Shown here in pieces: positions 7,504-17,571 of a stretch of DNA of 64,000 nt (within the stretch, counting starts at the first letter, position 1; each line of letters begins with the position of its first letter). Location of the stretch: positions 1 through 64,000 of IMG/VR virus record IMGVR_UViG_3300010370_002417, one strand, 5' to 3'. Under the pieces are notes generated by a model, which saw nothing but the letters and a program-made list of their open reading frames with translations, ran no database searches and was not told the origin of the DNA. This stretch comes from a virus. The position numbers and the translations under genes were made by a program.

Positions 7504-8213
7504 TCTTTCTTATCTCCAAGGATCTGCAACAGGCTCATGAATATATTGATGAAGTCGAGATAGAGCTGCAACGCACCAAACACACCAGCCTTCTCGCGCT
7601 CTACACCTTCGATTGTGTCATACGTTTCTTTGATGTTTTGCGTATCATAGGCTGTAAGACCCGTGAAGATAAGAACACCAAGACAGCTGATTGCGAAAGC
7701 AAACATAGAGCTCTGCAGGAATAGATTAATTAGTCCGGCGACTACCAATCCCATCGCTCCCATGATAAGAAACGATCCCATGCTCGTCAGATCGCGCTTT
7801 GTCGTGTAGCCGTAGATTGACGCGAGCCCAAACGTCGACGCGGCGATGAAAAACACTTGTGCGATACTTCCTAGCTTGAACACCAGAAAGATTGACGACA
7901 GCGATAGACCCATCAAAGCAGCAAATGCAAAGAGAGCCATCTGTGCGCTTCTAACAGTGAACTTCTCAAAGAAGAACGCAAAAGCAAAAGAAGCAGCCAG
8001 CGGAGCGAAGATGGCGATCCACTTGAACGATGTGCCCCAGATGAGCGCCATAAGAGTAGGATTAAAGTTGAGTCCCATTGCTACAAGACCACTGATACCC
8101 AAAGCAACAGTCATGTAGTTGTAGACCTGCAACATATGATTGCGCAGACCGAGATCATATGCTAGACGATCTGCTTCTGTCGGGATTGTGTTGAAGGGAA
8201 TGTAACCGTTCAT
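7500..8213 (-). CDS. Bax inhibitor-1/YccA family membrane protein
   Basis: About 7 TM segments; GLRNHMLQVYNYM, YGYTTKRDL, AYDTQ, ALQLYLDFINIF. Confidence 0.93.
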   Translation of the reverse strand: MNGYIPFNTIPTEADRLAYDLGLRNHMLQVYNYMTVALGISGLVAMGLNFNPTLMALIWGTSFKWIAIFAPLAASFAFAFFFEKFTVRSAQMALFAFAALMGLSLSSIFLVFKLGSIAQVFFIAASTFGLASIYGYTTKRDLTSMGSFLIMGAMGLVVAGLINLFLQSSMFAFAISCLGVLIFTGLTAYDTQNIKETYDTIEGVEREKAGVFGALQLYLDFINIFMSLLQILGDKKE

Positions 8214-8216
8214 CTA

Positions 8217-8816
8217 TTATCTCCTCTTAAAGAACATACCTGTACGTTGCATAAAAGGCTTTTGCATTGTCGATACTTCTCTGATCTTCATCGTCACGTC
8301 GTGATCATACTCCAATCCATACTTATTAAACACATCATGCCAGTATTCTTCTTCGCGACAATTAACATGATGATGACCAGGATAACCCGGCGGAGCAGCA
8401 GTTGCTACGACATATTTACAACGCGCGAAGTCCTGCATATAATTGTCTTGATACTTTTCTTCTACGTGTTCAAGAAACTCGACGCTCCAGCCAAGATCAA
8501 ACTCGCGAGTCCACTGTGTAGGACCAACTGTGTAGTCGTGAATCATAACGCGAACATCTTGTGGGCGCTCGACAGTCCAGTCGCCGTCAACGCCTACTGC
8601 ATCAAGCCCGCGCATCTGTGCCAACTCAACCATACCGCCAGGACCGCATCCAATATCTAGGAACGTCTTTATATTATACTGATTGACAAGAAATGTCAAT
8701 ACCCCACGATCATTGTGGGTCTTGTTGAGATGACCGCCCAGATGCGAGGGAAGAGAATCTGGATTTACTTCTGATGTGTTCTGGGCTTCGATGCCACTTA
8801 CCGTTGATGTTGTCAT
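8217..8816 (-). CDS. class I SAM-dependent methyltransferase
   Basis: FLDIGCGPG, GVDG, WSVEFLEHV, GHHHVN; start uncertain because it overlaps the upstream gene. Confidence 0.82.
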   Translation of the reverse strand: MTTSTVSGIEAQNTSEVNPDSLPSHLGGHLNKTHNDRGVLTFLVNQYNIKTFLDIGCGPGGMVELAQMRGLDAVGVDGDWTVERPQDVRVMIHDYTVGPTQWTREFDLGWSVEFLEHVEEKYQDNYMQDFARCKYVVATAAPPGYPGHHHVNCREEEYWHDVFNKYGLEYDHDVTMKIREVSTMQKPFMQRTGMFFKRR

Positions 8817-9174
8817 TTATATAATCATCCCGTTCCAATACTTCATGCGCAAACTGTTCGCGCACTTCTTCATAATTTACGCGTCCCTTTGTACTGTGTA
8901 GCGAGATGATCTCTCGCCTGAACAAAGATTTGTTTGTTGTTTTGATTTGTTCTTTGAGAACTTCACTGGAACCGTAATATGATTTCCAGTCTGATTCTGA
9001 ACGTTGGCGACGGGACTTACCCTTCGCTTTTCTGACAGACCAGAAGTACTTGCGACCAATGTACTTCTGGCCTGCTGGTGTTGTGATAATATATACGAAA
9101 CCGTACGAGTTCCCGATATCCTCACTATCAAACTCTTTTCCGTCAAATGTCCACGGATTCTCATATGAAGCCAT
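8710..9174 (-). CDS. GIY-YIG endonuclease (DenA/Seg-like)
   Basis: GFVYIIT...KYIGRK, DWKSYYGSS, REII, NDNI. Confidence 0.82.
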   Translation of the reverse strand: MASYENPWTFDGKEFDSEDIGNSYGFVYIITTPAGQKYIGRKYFWSVRKAKGKSRRQRSESDWKSYYGSSEVLKEQIKTTNKSLFRREIISLHSTKGRVNYEEVREQFAHEVLERDDYINDNINGKWHRSPEHIRSKSRFSSLASGRSSQQDPQ

Positions 9175-9189
9175 GAACTTATATAGTTG

Positions 9190-10125
9190 TCACCACGCTT
9201 TCATAATATTAGACTTCTCTTCCTTTGACAGTGGAACATAATCTAATTCGTCTGCAATCGCGTCACCGTTCTCGAAAGCCCATCTAAAAAAGTTGAACGC
9301 TTCTTTTTGAGCTGTTTCGTTGACAGGTTTCTTGTACATTATAATATACGTTGGTGCAGCAATAGGCCAGTCGCCACTTTGAAATGATTGCTTTCCTGCG
9401 CGAACAATTTTCGTCGACGATTCGCCGCAGGCGTCCGTATAGTTAATCTGTAGAGTCGAATAACTGAGCTTGTTTTGTTTTGCATAAGCATACTCGACGT
9501 ATCCAATGGAGTTCTTAGTTTGTGCTACATTACCTGCAACGCCTTCGTTTCCTCTAGCGCCAACTCCTACAGGCCATTCAAGCGCAGTTCCTACACCGAC
9601 CTTGCTTTTCCACTCATCAGAAACAGACGCAAGATATCTAGCAAAGATAAACGTAGTACCAGAACCGTCACTTCTACGAACTACAGATATGTTTGTGTTA
9701 GGTAGATTGACGTTTGGATTCAGCTTCTTGATAGCTTCGTCATTCCACTTGCTGATCTTACCGAGATAAATGTTGGCTACCGTAGGACCATCAAGAACTA
9801 AATCAGAAATCCCCTCAAGATTATAAACTATCACGTTTCCGCCAATAACAGTTGGAAACTGAAACATTCCGTCCTTATCCAACTGTTGTTGTGTGAGGGG
9901 CATATCAGAAGCGCCAAACGTAACAGTCTTGGATTGGATTTGCTTAATACCTGCGCCCGAACCAACAGACTGATAGTTTACTTGCTTCCCCGTCTCCTTC
10001 TTATATGCGTCAGCCCACTTAGAATATACTGGATACGGGAATGTTGCTCCAGCTCCTGTGACGTCTGACGCATATACGTTAGTAGAAATTAAAATAGAAA
10101 ATACGAGTGCTAATAGCTTATTCAT
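9190..10125 (-). CDS. pstS: phosphate ABC transporter substrate-binding protein
   Basis: Signal peptide; GAGATFP, YQSVGSGAG, FGASD, RRSDGSGTT, IGYVE. Confidence 0.96.
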   Translation of the reverse strand: MNKLLALVFSILISTNVYASDVTGAGATFPYPVYSKWADAYKKETGKQVNYQSVGSGAGIKQIQSKTVTFGASDMPLTQQQLDKDGMFQFPTVIGGNVIVYNLEGISDLVLDGPTVANIYLGKISKWNDEAIKKLNPNVNLPNTNISVVRRSDGSGTTFIFARYLASVSDEWKSKVGVGTALEWPVGVGARGNEGVAGNVAQTKNSIGYVEYAYAKQNKLSYSTLQINYTDACGESSTKIVRAGKQSFQSGDWPIAAPTYIIMYKKPVNETAQKEAFNFFRWAFENGDAIADELDYVPLSKEEKSNIMKAW

Positions 10126-10258
10126 CGTCTTCCTCTAGCTCTTCGATCTCGACGTCATCCGCGTCTGCACCGCAGAAAGGGCAATAGATTGGATCTAGCT
10201 TCTTTCCGCGCTTTTCGTAGCAGATAAGATACTCATATTCGCCACACGGGCAAGTCAT
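10118..10258 (-). CDS. small zinc-ribbon protein with acidic tail
   Basis: MTCPCGEY...YCPFCGADADDVEIEELEEDDE; AGAAGG SD; fills the nrdJ-pstS gap (below the ORF-track cutoff). Confidence 0.75.
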   Translation of the reverse strand: MTCPCGEYEYLICYEKRGKKLDPIYCPFCGADADDVEIEELEEDDE

Positions 10259-10275
10259 ATCCTTCTCTGGCACAA

Positions 10276-12183
10276 TCAGACCTCACAGCCGCCCGCGACG
10301 CAAGCAAGTTCCTGCGCTCCCGTTGTAGTGTCGGTCTTTTCATAGTCTCTGAGCTTATTCCAGTCAATCGCCTTAGGCATCTTCGCAGCGAATGCTTCGT
10401 AGTCTTCCTTCGAGCAATCCTGATAAGGTGCTTGCGCATAAACGTGATCGCTGAATGGAAGGAACGAAACGCCAGACATCTTATCGAAGTGATTGTATAC
10501 CCACGCTCCAACGTCGAGCCACTCGTGTTCCTTGACGGAGATAGTGACAGATGGCTTATGCTCGCACCAGTGATCCTGATACGTAACCCAAAGTTCCAGC
10601 TGCTCGATAGCGGACATATCCGTACGGAACACAGCGTTCTCTGGTGCCTTCATTGGGAATGAGAACACATATACGTTGTTTGGGCGCATCGCGCAATCTT
10701 CGACCGGAACACCAGCGTCGATCATCAGCTGGGCCAGAGGATCCTTTTTATCAGCACGAACGGTGCGAATGTAATAAGGATTATGGCGAGCATGGATACC
10801 ACTAGCAGAATCACACAGCTGAGAAACAGTGCCAGAGGGCTTGACACAAGTGACAGCAGCAGACTGCGGTATACCCAGGTCCTTCGAGAACTTTGCATTG
10901 GTAGACACTGCGATTGCTCTAAGCTCTTCGAGTCTCTCAGCAAGTCCCGGTAGTTTTCCATTTGTGAGCTCATTGTCCATGATACCAGTTAGGGAAACAC
11001 CAAGAAGCCTCTCTTCCTCGCAGTTCTTTTTCCACGCGGAAGAAAGATAGCGGAAGTTCGTAAGGGTAGACTGCCATGTGCCAAGGATAGTCGCCCAGTA
11101 TACCTTTTCTTTCAGATCTTCCATCGTATCCGTCGCGCGGATAACAACTTCCGTCAGATTGCAAAATTCCTTGTCGCGTAGAATGATCTCTGAGCATGGG
11201 TTAGTTCCAAAGTCGAAGTTAGGATCACGACGACCGTGCTTGTTGACAGTCGCTTTTGCTGATGCACGATTGAAGATGCCGCGCTCACCAGACTTAGATT
11301 CATAGAGAGACTTCCATTCTTCCATGAACAAACCAATATCTGGCTTTTCCTTATAGACAGCTGAGTTGTTAGCTAATGCTCGCTGAGACTGATCCATCCA
11401 CCATTGACCAGACTTGGCAACACGCATACGATCGTCAGATAGATCAGAGAGAGAAATAAGTGCAGAACGGCGCACACCACCAACAACGACGATGTCAGCA
11501 ATCTTACAGACGATATCATGGCATTCCAACGTATTGAGACGACGACCAGCAGCCTTCTTGAATATATCAACGCAGAACTTGAACAGTGCGTCAAGCGGCT
11601 CTGGACCAGAAGCACGACCACCAAATGTCTTGAGAGGTGTTCCTGCTGGGCGAATCTTGCTGAGATCCCACTTCGGAATCTGACCAGAATAGAGAAGATG
11701 AACAAGTTCCTTGAGAGCCTTAGCCCAACCGAGCTTGGAGTCGGCTACCATGATGGTCGTATCGGAAGGATGAAAATCTTCTGCGATAACTGGAAGTTGC
11801 TCGACGTCCTTTGACTCGACAGAGAATCCAACGCCTGTGCCATTCATGAGAATGTACAGAATCTCGTCAAACGAGCGTGGCGTATTGACTGCAACATACG
11901 AGCAGTTATATGCAGCAACGTTCTCGCGCTTGAGAGCTTCGCCGGCAGTCATAACGCAACGCATAGATGGCATGACTTTCTGTGACAGAACAGCGTCTTC
12001 CAGCTCTCTACGATAGTCCTTGATATCGTAGCCGTGCTGCTCCTTCAGATGAGACTCAAAGAAATTGAAGAAACGACCAATAGTTTCATCCCAACTTTCT
12101 CTACGACCTTCATCCCAAAGAAAACGTGAATAGCGCGACAGATGGATGAATTGTTGATAGAGCGTGGGAAGTGAATTTGACAT
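10276..12183 (-). CDS. nrdJ: class II (adenosylcobalamin-dependent) ribonucleotide reductase, monomeric type
   Basis: YNCSY, GGVRRSA, GTNPCSEI, TCVKPSGT, C-terminal ACVAGGC; no beta subunit adjacent. Confidence 0.93.
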   Translation of the reverse strand: MSNSLPTLYQQFIHLSRYSRFLWDEGRRESWDETIGRFFNFFESHLKEQHGYDIKDYRRELEDAVLSQKVMPSMRCVMTAGEALKRENVAAYNCSYVAVNTPRSFDEILYILMNGTGVGFSVESKDVEQLPVIAEDFHPSDTTIMVADSKLGWAKALKELVHLLYSGQIPKWDLSKIRPAGTPLKTFGGRASGPEPLDALFKFCVDIFKKAAGRRLNTLECHDIVCKIADIVVVGGVRRSALISLSDLSDDRMRVAKSGQWWMDQSQRALANNSAVYKEKPDIGLFMEEWKSLYESKSGERGIFNRASAKATVNKHGRRDPNFDFGTNPCSEIILRDKEFCNLTEVVIRATDTMEDLKEKVYWATILGTWQSTLTNFRYLSSAWKKNCEEERLLGVSLTGIMDNELTNGKLPGLAERLEELRAIAVSTNAKFSKDLGIPQSAAVTCVKPSGTVSQLCDSASGIHARHNPYYIRTVRADKKDPLAQLMIDAGVPVEDCAMRPNNVYVFSFPMKAPENAVFRTDMSAIEQLELWVTYQDHWCEHKPSVTISVKEHEWLDVGAWVYNHFDKMSGVSFLPFSDHVYAQAPYQDCSKEDYEAFAAKMPKAIDWNKLRDYEKTDTTTGAQELACVAGGCEV

Positions 12184-12243
12184 AGGTTACTCCGTTTCTT
12201 ATTTCTTAGACAATAAATCTCATGCACAGACGTTGCGCCTGCG

Positions 12244-13251
12244 TTAGCATTTTTTCCAATCTCGGATAGCCAGTTTGAGGGCGAGACCCTTAAACGTGGA
12301 TTTATTTAGTATGTACTCAATCTCAGAACTACTGCATCCAGATAAAATAGCATCATTTATATCTTTATAATTCCAAGACGAATTCCAAATAACCATAGGA
12401 TATCCACGTCCAGCGAATGTTTCAACACGCTTCACAACCTGTTTGTTGCGAGGCTGATTATCGAAGATAAGAACTACGTTCTCACCGCTAATGTTATATA
12501 GGGCCCGCGCAAAGTCTGTTCCTCCCGCAGCGATAGCATTGTCAAGAAACATACTATCAATTGGGCCCTCTGTGACGTATATAGTCTTTCCGCGTTTTAT
12601 GCGATCTAGACCATAGATCAACGGATCGTCGGTAATTCTTACAGTCACGTATCGCAACGTGGAGTTACCCATAGCGCGACCAGTCACGCCAGTAAGCAAT
12701 CCATCTTCACGTCGAAATGGAATAACCAAACGCTCATCGGAAGCCAAACGACCTTCGTATGCAGGATTAAGCTGTTCTAGGATTTTCATATCGCGAGCGT
12801 AATAAAGATCTTCCCAACGTTCTTTGGGTATCTTTCGCGACTTAACATACTCAACTGCGCGATGATGCGATGGTAGTAAATCCACTCGATGAAGCAAATC
12901 GTCGAGAATAATTGATGGACGTACTACTACGGCTTCTTCTTTAGGAATGACGAAAGTTTCATTGTTAGCCGCAACGCGCTCTTTGTAAGATTCCAGCCTG
13001 TAAGCTCGAGCAAGACCAGGATCAACAAGATCAATGAGCTTACCAAGGCTAGCGCCCACGTCGCAATTATGACACTTGTATATAAGCCCACCGGATTTCT
13101 CAAACAGATAGCCGCGAGCCTTCAGTTTGTTTTTCTGAGAGTCGCCGCAGAAGGGACAACGAAAGTTATAGATTCGATCAGACTTCCGCTTGAACAGCGA
13201 AAGCCTGTGCGAGATCATCTGTGCATACTTGTGATCAGTGATAGCAGACAT
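12244..13251 (-). CDS. 61: DNA primase (T4 gp61-like)
   Basis: CPFCGDS...CHNC zinc finger; TEGPIDS, FDN, KDIND TOPRIM motifs. Confidence 0.95.
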   Translation of the reverse strand: MSAITDHKYAQMISHRLSLFKRKSDRIYNFRCPFCGDSQKNKLKARGYLFEKSGGLIYKCHNCDVGASLGKLIDLVDPGLARAYRLESYKERVAANNETFVIPKEEAVVVRPSIILDDLLHRVDLLPSHHRAVEYVKSRKIPKERWEDLYYARDMKILEQLNPAYEGRLASDERLVIPFRREDGLLTGVTGRAMGNSTLRYVTVRITDDPLIYGLDRIKRGKTIYVTEGPIDSMFLDNAIAAGGTDFARALYNISGENVVLIFDNQPRNKQVVKRVETFAGRGYPMVIWNSSWNYKDINDAILSGCSSSEIEYILNKSTFKGLALKLAIRDWKKC

Positions 13252-13257
13252 AGATTC

Positions 13258-13286
13258 ATTATAATAAGCTCAAGAAAGATTGTCAA
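13258..13286 (-). promoter_or_regulatory. sigma70 promoter, leaderless geometry (primase)
   Basis: TTGACA-17-TATAAT-6 nt-ATG, no SD. Confidence 0.85.
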
Positions 13287-13289
13287 GAA

Positions 13290-13649
13290 CTATCTCTTTG
13301 GTGGCTGGGGTTTATCGGTCTTGTAGTATTTCTGATAGGCTGCGATTACAGCTTGTTGCTGCTGAATATATCGACGGAGTTCTGCAACGTTCATCGACAG
13401 ATTCTGATAGCCTTGTGGCGTAATAGCAAACAACACAGCATTTCCGCCGCGACCTTCGATCTCTTTAATCTTTGCTTCATAGTTCTCTGGCGTGATGATA
13501 GTCCATGTAACATTGGCCTGAGAAACTGGAGCAACAGTAGGAACGACAAGTTCTGCTCTCTCATAGAGAACCGGCTTATCTAGGACTTTAGCTGTTTCGG
13601 AGCAGCCGGCTAGTCCAAGAGCACACAACGCAATAACTAAATTCTTCAT
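13290..13649 (-). CDS. putative o-spanin lipoprotein
   Basis: LGLAG-C lipobox; coupled (ATGA) to an upstream TM plus coiled-coil gene. Confidence 0.65.
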   Translation of the reverse strand: MKNLVIALCALGLAGCSETAKVLDKPVLYERAELVVPTVAPVSQANVTWTIITPENYEAKIKEIEGRGGNAVLFAITPQGYQNLSMNVAELRRYIQQQQAVIAAYQKYYKTDKPQPPKR

Positions 13650-14107
13650 GGTTTTTCCTTCGCAATCAACTCCTTAATAAGATCATTACATATTCCATTT
13701 CTTACTTTACCACTCTTTTCATCAGTTGTCAAGTTCGCACCTGTAATAAGTTCATTGCAACGCAGCGCATCTTTTGTGCCGCGATTGACTTTCATTTCGG
13801 TTTCGTCTGGATTCTTAAGAGACGACGCAGCCAAATCGCGATTAGCAAACTTCTGACTCAGCTGAGCAACTTCTTGCTGCGTGTCAGAAAACTTCTTAGC
13901 CATTTCATTATTAAGTTGCTGCATCTTGCGAACGTCTTCTTGCTGTTTCTCAAGAACGACTTTCTGCTGCTCAATAACCCCTTCCATTCGTTGCTGAATT
14001 TCGGCTGCTGCTTCGAGCTTGCCCTGAAGAGCCATGATATAGAAATATCCGCTAGTCATCACAGTGAATAATACACAAGCGATTATTAGCTTGATCTTCA
14101 GTCCCAT
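13646..14107 (-). CDS. putative i-spanin
   Basis: Single N-terminal TM, long periplasmic coiled coil with Cys, followed by a lipoprotein gene. Confidence 0.65.
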   Translation of the reverse strand: MGLKIKLIIACVLFTVMTSGYFYIMALQGKLEAAAEIQQRMEGVIEQQKVVLEKQQEDVRKMQQLNNEMAKKFSDTQQEVAQLSQKFANRDLAASSLKNPDETEMKVNRGTKDALRCNELITGANLTTDEKSGKVRNGICNDLIKELIAKEKP

Positions 14108-14110
14108 GAC

Positions 14111-14620
14111 TTATCCTTTATGTGATGATTCCGATCCGTCGCTTCCGTTACCCATAGCGCTCGTGCGACTGACCGCCTTGACGCGCTTTCCAAGAGCCTT
14201 GTAGAATACAGTAGCTTCGTTCGTTGCTTTTCTGCGGATGACAGCTTTGAACATCATCGGCTGTCCGTATTTCTTAAGAGTACCTTTCATACCAATCCGA
14301 GGTTGACGCTTGCTCCAATGCACAGGTTCTGTGCTTACACCAGCACCAGCTACGTTAGCGATCCCGCCAGTTGTTGGGCTTCCAGGACCGCCGCCTAGAT
14401 CCTCATTAATTCTTTTCTTTGCGTCTGGATGATGAACGACATGAAACATCTGCGAACCATAACTATCTGTGTGATATTGCATACCATACTTATGTGCGCT
14501 ATCCCACGTATCGAAACGAGTATCAGGAACTCTTCTCAGAGCACCAGCGCGTGTTTTAGTAGCGATAGCGAACGGACCTTTGCTATGTTTGTCGGCCGGC
14601 TTTACTACTTCGTTAATCAT
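14111..14620 (-). CDS. hypothetical basic protein, putative head-internal
   Basis: INE/TNE gp21-type sites (MINEV, RINED, ATNEA); late region. Confidence 0.55.
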   Translation of the reverse strand: MINEVVKPADKHSKGPFAIATKTRAGALRRVPDTRFDTWDSAHKYGMQYHTDSYGSQMFHVVHHPDAKKRINEDLGGGPGSPTTGGIANVAGAGVSTEPVHWSKRQPRIGMKGTLKKYGQPMMFKAVIRRKATNEATVFYKALGKRVKAVSRTSAMGNGSDGSESSHKG

Positions 14621-15009
14621 CAGATTTTCCTCAGCGTCTCGACTATTCGCATGTCCATGATGATATCGTTTGATCTAATTGTTTCACTGTCTGGACCAAT
14701 GTTTTCTATACGCTCCGGCCAATAGTTCAGCAACAAAAGAAACGGTTTCAGTAGATGCAAATGATCATACAGCTTAAAGGCCAACATTCGAGTAAGCGCT
14801 CTATGCTCAAAGACATTATATAAAACCATCAAATGATTTAATATCAATCTTTCTTTTAGCTCGCCGCGATTTTCATATCTACTGAACAGTCTTCGAAGAT
14901 TCTTTATTCTAGCCAAATCTTCTAAGAATTCATTTTCATCTACACAAGGATTTAAGTAATTTCGTGCAGCATAAAGAAAAAAATTATTATCGTCCAAAGT
15001 ACCTTTCAT
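14620..15009 (-). CDS. conserved T4-like hypothetical protein
   Basis: NFFLYAARNY-NP-C, EFLEDL, LKERLILNHL, LKPFL pattern of cyanophage-type T4-like core proteins. Confidence 0.8.
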   Translation of the reverse strand: MKGTLDDNNFFLYAARNYLNPCVDENEFLEDLARIKNLRRLFSRYENRGELKERLILNHLMVLYNVFEHRALTRMLAFKLYDHLHLLKPFLLLLNYWPERIENIGPDSETIRSNDIIMDMRIVETLRKI

Positions 15010-15010
15010 C

Positions 15011-15346
15011 TCACTGTTTAATTTCCTTAGCGGCCTCCACGATATCTTTATTGGCCGCTTCTGCCTTAATAAAAAAGCGCGCTGTCATAGACAACACGCC
15101 CCACGCTAAAAATCCAGTGACTGCTCCTGCTGCAAGAAGATGATCAATCGATTGTTTCGTTTCTAGAAACTCACAAATGATAGGAGCAAATATAATTGCT
15201 GATCCTGTGCAGACACCACCACGAATGGTAGCGTCTAGCACTGAAGATGGTCTCATGAAAGCAAACATAGTCAATCCGCCAAATAATCCACCAGCCGCTG
15301 ATGCAGCTTTAGTGACAACGTATGAACCTGCTGCTTCGATACTCAT
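15011..15346 (-). CDS. 3-TM membrane protein, possible holin
   Basis: Three Gly/Ala-rich hydrophobic segments and a charged tail; near the spanin genes. Confidence 0.5.
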   Translation of the reverse strand: MSIEAAGSYVVTKAASAAGGLFGGLTMFAFMRPSSVLDATIRGGVCTGSAIIFAPIICEFLETKQSIDHLLAAGAVTGFLAWGVLSMTARFFIKAEAANKDIVEAAKEIKQ

Positions 15347-15726
15347 TAGAATGTACCCAGTGCTACGCGCTTGATTGTTGTTGCATTAACTGCGATATAT
15401 AAATGTGTATTTGTGAAACGCATTTCTCCTACAGCCATACCAACAGTTGTTGCGTTGTTAGATCCTGGCGTTGTACCAAATGTGATCTTAACAACATTAG
15501 CAGTAAGAGTCTTTGTAACATTAACATTAGAAGCGAACTGTGCGCGATTACCGCTCACAGTTACGTTTGCACTGAATACTGTATTTGAAGGAACAGAACC
15601 GAAGAAGTTCTTTACTGTGATCTTCTTCGATACTGGCGTTCCGTTCGGATCATCAACGATCATCAGCAGATCTGGAGCCGCTGTGGTCGTCAATGCTGTA
15701 AGTTGCGATACCTTTTTATCAGCCAT
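15346..15726 (-). CDS. putative virion structural protein
   Basis: MADKKVSQLTAL N-terminus and HLYIAV...KRVAL C-terminus, typical of fibre/decoration proteins. Confidence 0.65.
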   Translation of the reverse strand: MADKKVSQLTALTTTAAPDLLMIVDDPNGTPVSKKITVKNFFGSVPSNTVFSANVTVSGNRAQFASNVNVTKTLTANVVKITFGTTPGSNNATTVGMAVGEMRFTNTHLYIAVNATTIKRVALGTF

Positions 15727-15744
15727 CTAGCGACTCCGAATCTA

Positions 15745-16482
15745 TTACACGCCCTTTGGCGATACTGTGAAGTTGGTGATACGCTGACCCCAACCATTCG
15801 ACAGGTTGTTAGCAACTGCGCCTGTGATTACAAGGTTAGCTGCGTGAGTCGTTCCCTGCTCTGGATTGTAGAGTGGGTTGCCAGTTACAGAAATCGACTG
15901 AGCATTGATGTGGTATGTAGCTTTAGCAGAACCAGCACCACCTTGCAGCTTAGGCATCGTGAATACGAGAACGTTGTTAGCAACATTTGCACGAGCAGCA
16001 GCAGAAGCTGCGATACGAGCAACACCATTGTTGCCGCCAGCTGTGTTTGCAAGATTGATCGACAGAGCGTTTGATGACGCACGAAGATGGACTGGCATAT
16101 TGAACACAACATACAGGTTAGCAGATACGTTCGCAGAAATCACGTTGTTCGCATTCGTCTTGACGAAGATCTCTACGATATCTGGACGACCAAGATGTGT
16201 GTTTGATGTGTAGTAGAAACCAGATCCTGGAGCAGCTGCAACAAGAGTTTCGTCGATCTGACGGCTGTTGCCGTGAGTATCAACCTTGTTTACGCGACGA
16301 ACCCAACCAGCTGTCGTGGCAATTACGTTGCGCTTGTTAGCTGTTTGAATCGCACCAGCAGTACCCGCGTCCTGGGAACCTGATGCTTGTGGAAGCGGGC
16401 GATAGCCCTTTACGATACCAGCAACTGTGTTTGCACCAGATGCTACCTGATTAGATTCTCTTGAAAAACCCCAAAGTGCCAT
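15745..16482 (-). CDS. putative virion structural protein
   Basis: MALWG start, AGWVRR...ETLVA motif, Ig-like beta-rich C-terminal half; late promoter CTAAATA near 16536. Confidence 0.65.
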   Translation of the reverse strand: MALWGFSRESNQVASGANTVAGIVKGYRPLPQASGSQDAGTAGAIQTANKRNVIATTAGWVRRVNKVDTHGNSRQIDETLVAAAPGSGFYYTSNTHLGRPDIVEIFVKTNANNVISANVSANLYVVFNMPVHLRASSNALSINLANTAGGNNGVARIAASAAARANVANNVLVFTMPKLQGGAGSAKATYHINAQSISVTGNPLYNPEQGTTHAANLVITGAVANNLSNGWGQRITNFTVSPKGV

Positions 16483-16538
16483 TTGCGTTTCCTTTCCGCT
16501 TTTCGTTAGTGACTACTCGGCATAATATAGATTAGTAT

Positions 16539-17570
16539 TTAGTCCTGATAACCAATTCTCTTACCGACGGCTTTATGAACGATCTTGTCGCCTTTTTCGC
16601 CGTACTTCTTTTTGATTAGAGCCTGGCTCTTATTTACCTTGCTCTGCTCTTTATCGTTCAGTTCATCACCGCGTTCGATCGCAGCGCCGTGAGCAGCAGT
16701 CTGACGCTTTACAGCTGTTCTGATCGCCTTCATCTTTGAGATCTCGTCGACCTGCTCTGCGTCTTCCTTGATACCAGCAGACTTCTTAGCAGCAGCCATT
16801 CCAACTGCATATGGCTCGCGAACAGAAGACTTATTCTTGATCAGCGACTTCGCAATCTCATGTCCCTTCTTGATGACAGACTTGGGAAGATTAGAAGCTT
16901 CCTTAAGAGGAGGATTTACTTCGATTGGCTCTTTGCCGAGCTTCGCATCCTTACCACCATGAACTTCGCATTTCATCTTTGATTCGTTTGTCGAGTCGCA
17001 GGTGCATTTGTCATTGCCAGCCTTGATCGTCTGAAGCTTCTTCTGAGCCTTTTGCTGCATAACGCTCATTTGCTTCTGCGCAATTTTCTGACGAATCTGC
17101 TTCTTCATCGCGTCTTTCTTAGCTGCGATCTGCTTTGCTACTGCGTCTTCAGCTTCGGTGACTTCTGTATCTTCCTTGACAGCTACGATTTTTGTTGGCT
17201 TGTTTTTGACGTACATTGGATGAGCTCTGACAACCTTCTCAGCTTCATCCTGTGTCTTAGCTTTATGTGCAGGAACAGTAACTGTAGCTTCGCCATGCTT
17301 TTTCGTTGTGACTTTGAACTTGAAGTTTTCTTCGACAGATTCCTTAGCTTGCTTCGCAGCTTGCTTCATCGGCTCTTTCTTATTGCCGTCCTTGTCGAGA
17401 TCAAGGAAATCTGGCTTAGATCCTTCGCCGCGCAGCTTCTTGAAGTCTGCTCCAGTGATCTTACCCTTTGGCTCTGCGACGTCAATCTTATGCTGATTGC
17501 CTTTGAGTGCTTCGCTTACTGCGTTCACCAGCGAATCGCTGAGACCAAACTTCTTTGGATCTATTGACAT
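16539..17570 (-). CDS. Lys/Glu-rich putative head-internal polyprotein
   Basis: Repeated VSEA, VKED, VTEA, LKEA, IKED, VDEI sites; PDFLDLDKDGNKKEPMK module. Confidence 0.65.
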   Translation of the reverse strand: MSIDPKKFGLSDSLVNAVSEALKGNQHKIDVAEPKGKITGADFKKLRGEGSKPDFLDLDKDGNKKEPMKQAAKQAKESVEENFKFKVTTKKHGEATVTVPAHKAKTQDEAEKVVRAHPMYVKNKPTKIVAVKEDTEVTEAEDAVAKQIAAKKDAMKKQIRQKIAQKQMSVMQQKAQKKLQTIKAGNDKCTCDSTNESKMKCEVHGGKDAKLGKEPIEVNPPLKEASNLPKSVIKKGHEIAKSLIKNKSSVREPYAVGMAAAKKSAGIKEDAEQVDEISKMKAIRTAVKRQTAAHGAAIERGDELNDKEQSKVNKSQALIKKKYGEKGDKIVHKAVGKRIGYQD

Positions 17571-17571
17571 G

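Noticed and set aside
10118-10275. Pho box upstream of pstS
   Set aside because: The upstream region is coding (zinc-ribbon gene) and I saw no tandem CTGTCAT repeats.
12184-12243. Cobalamin riboswitch upstream of nrdJ
   Set aside because: Only 60 nt with a single hairpin and no B12 box.
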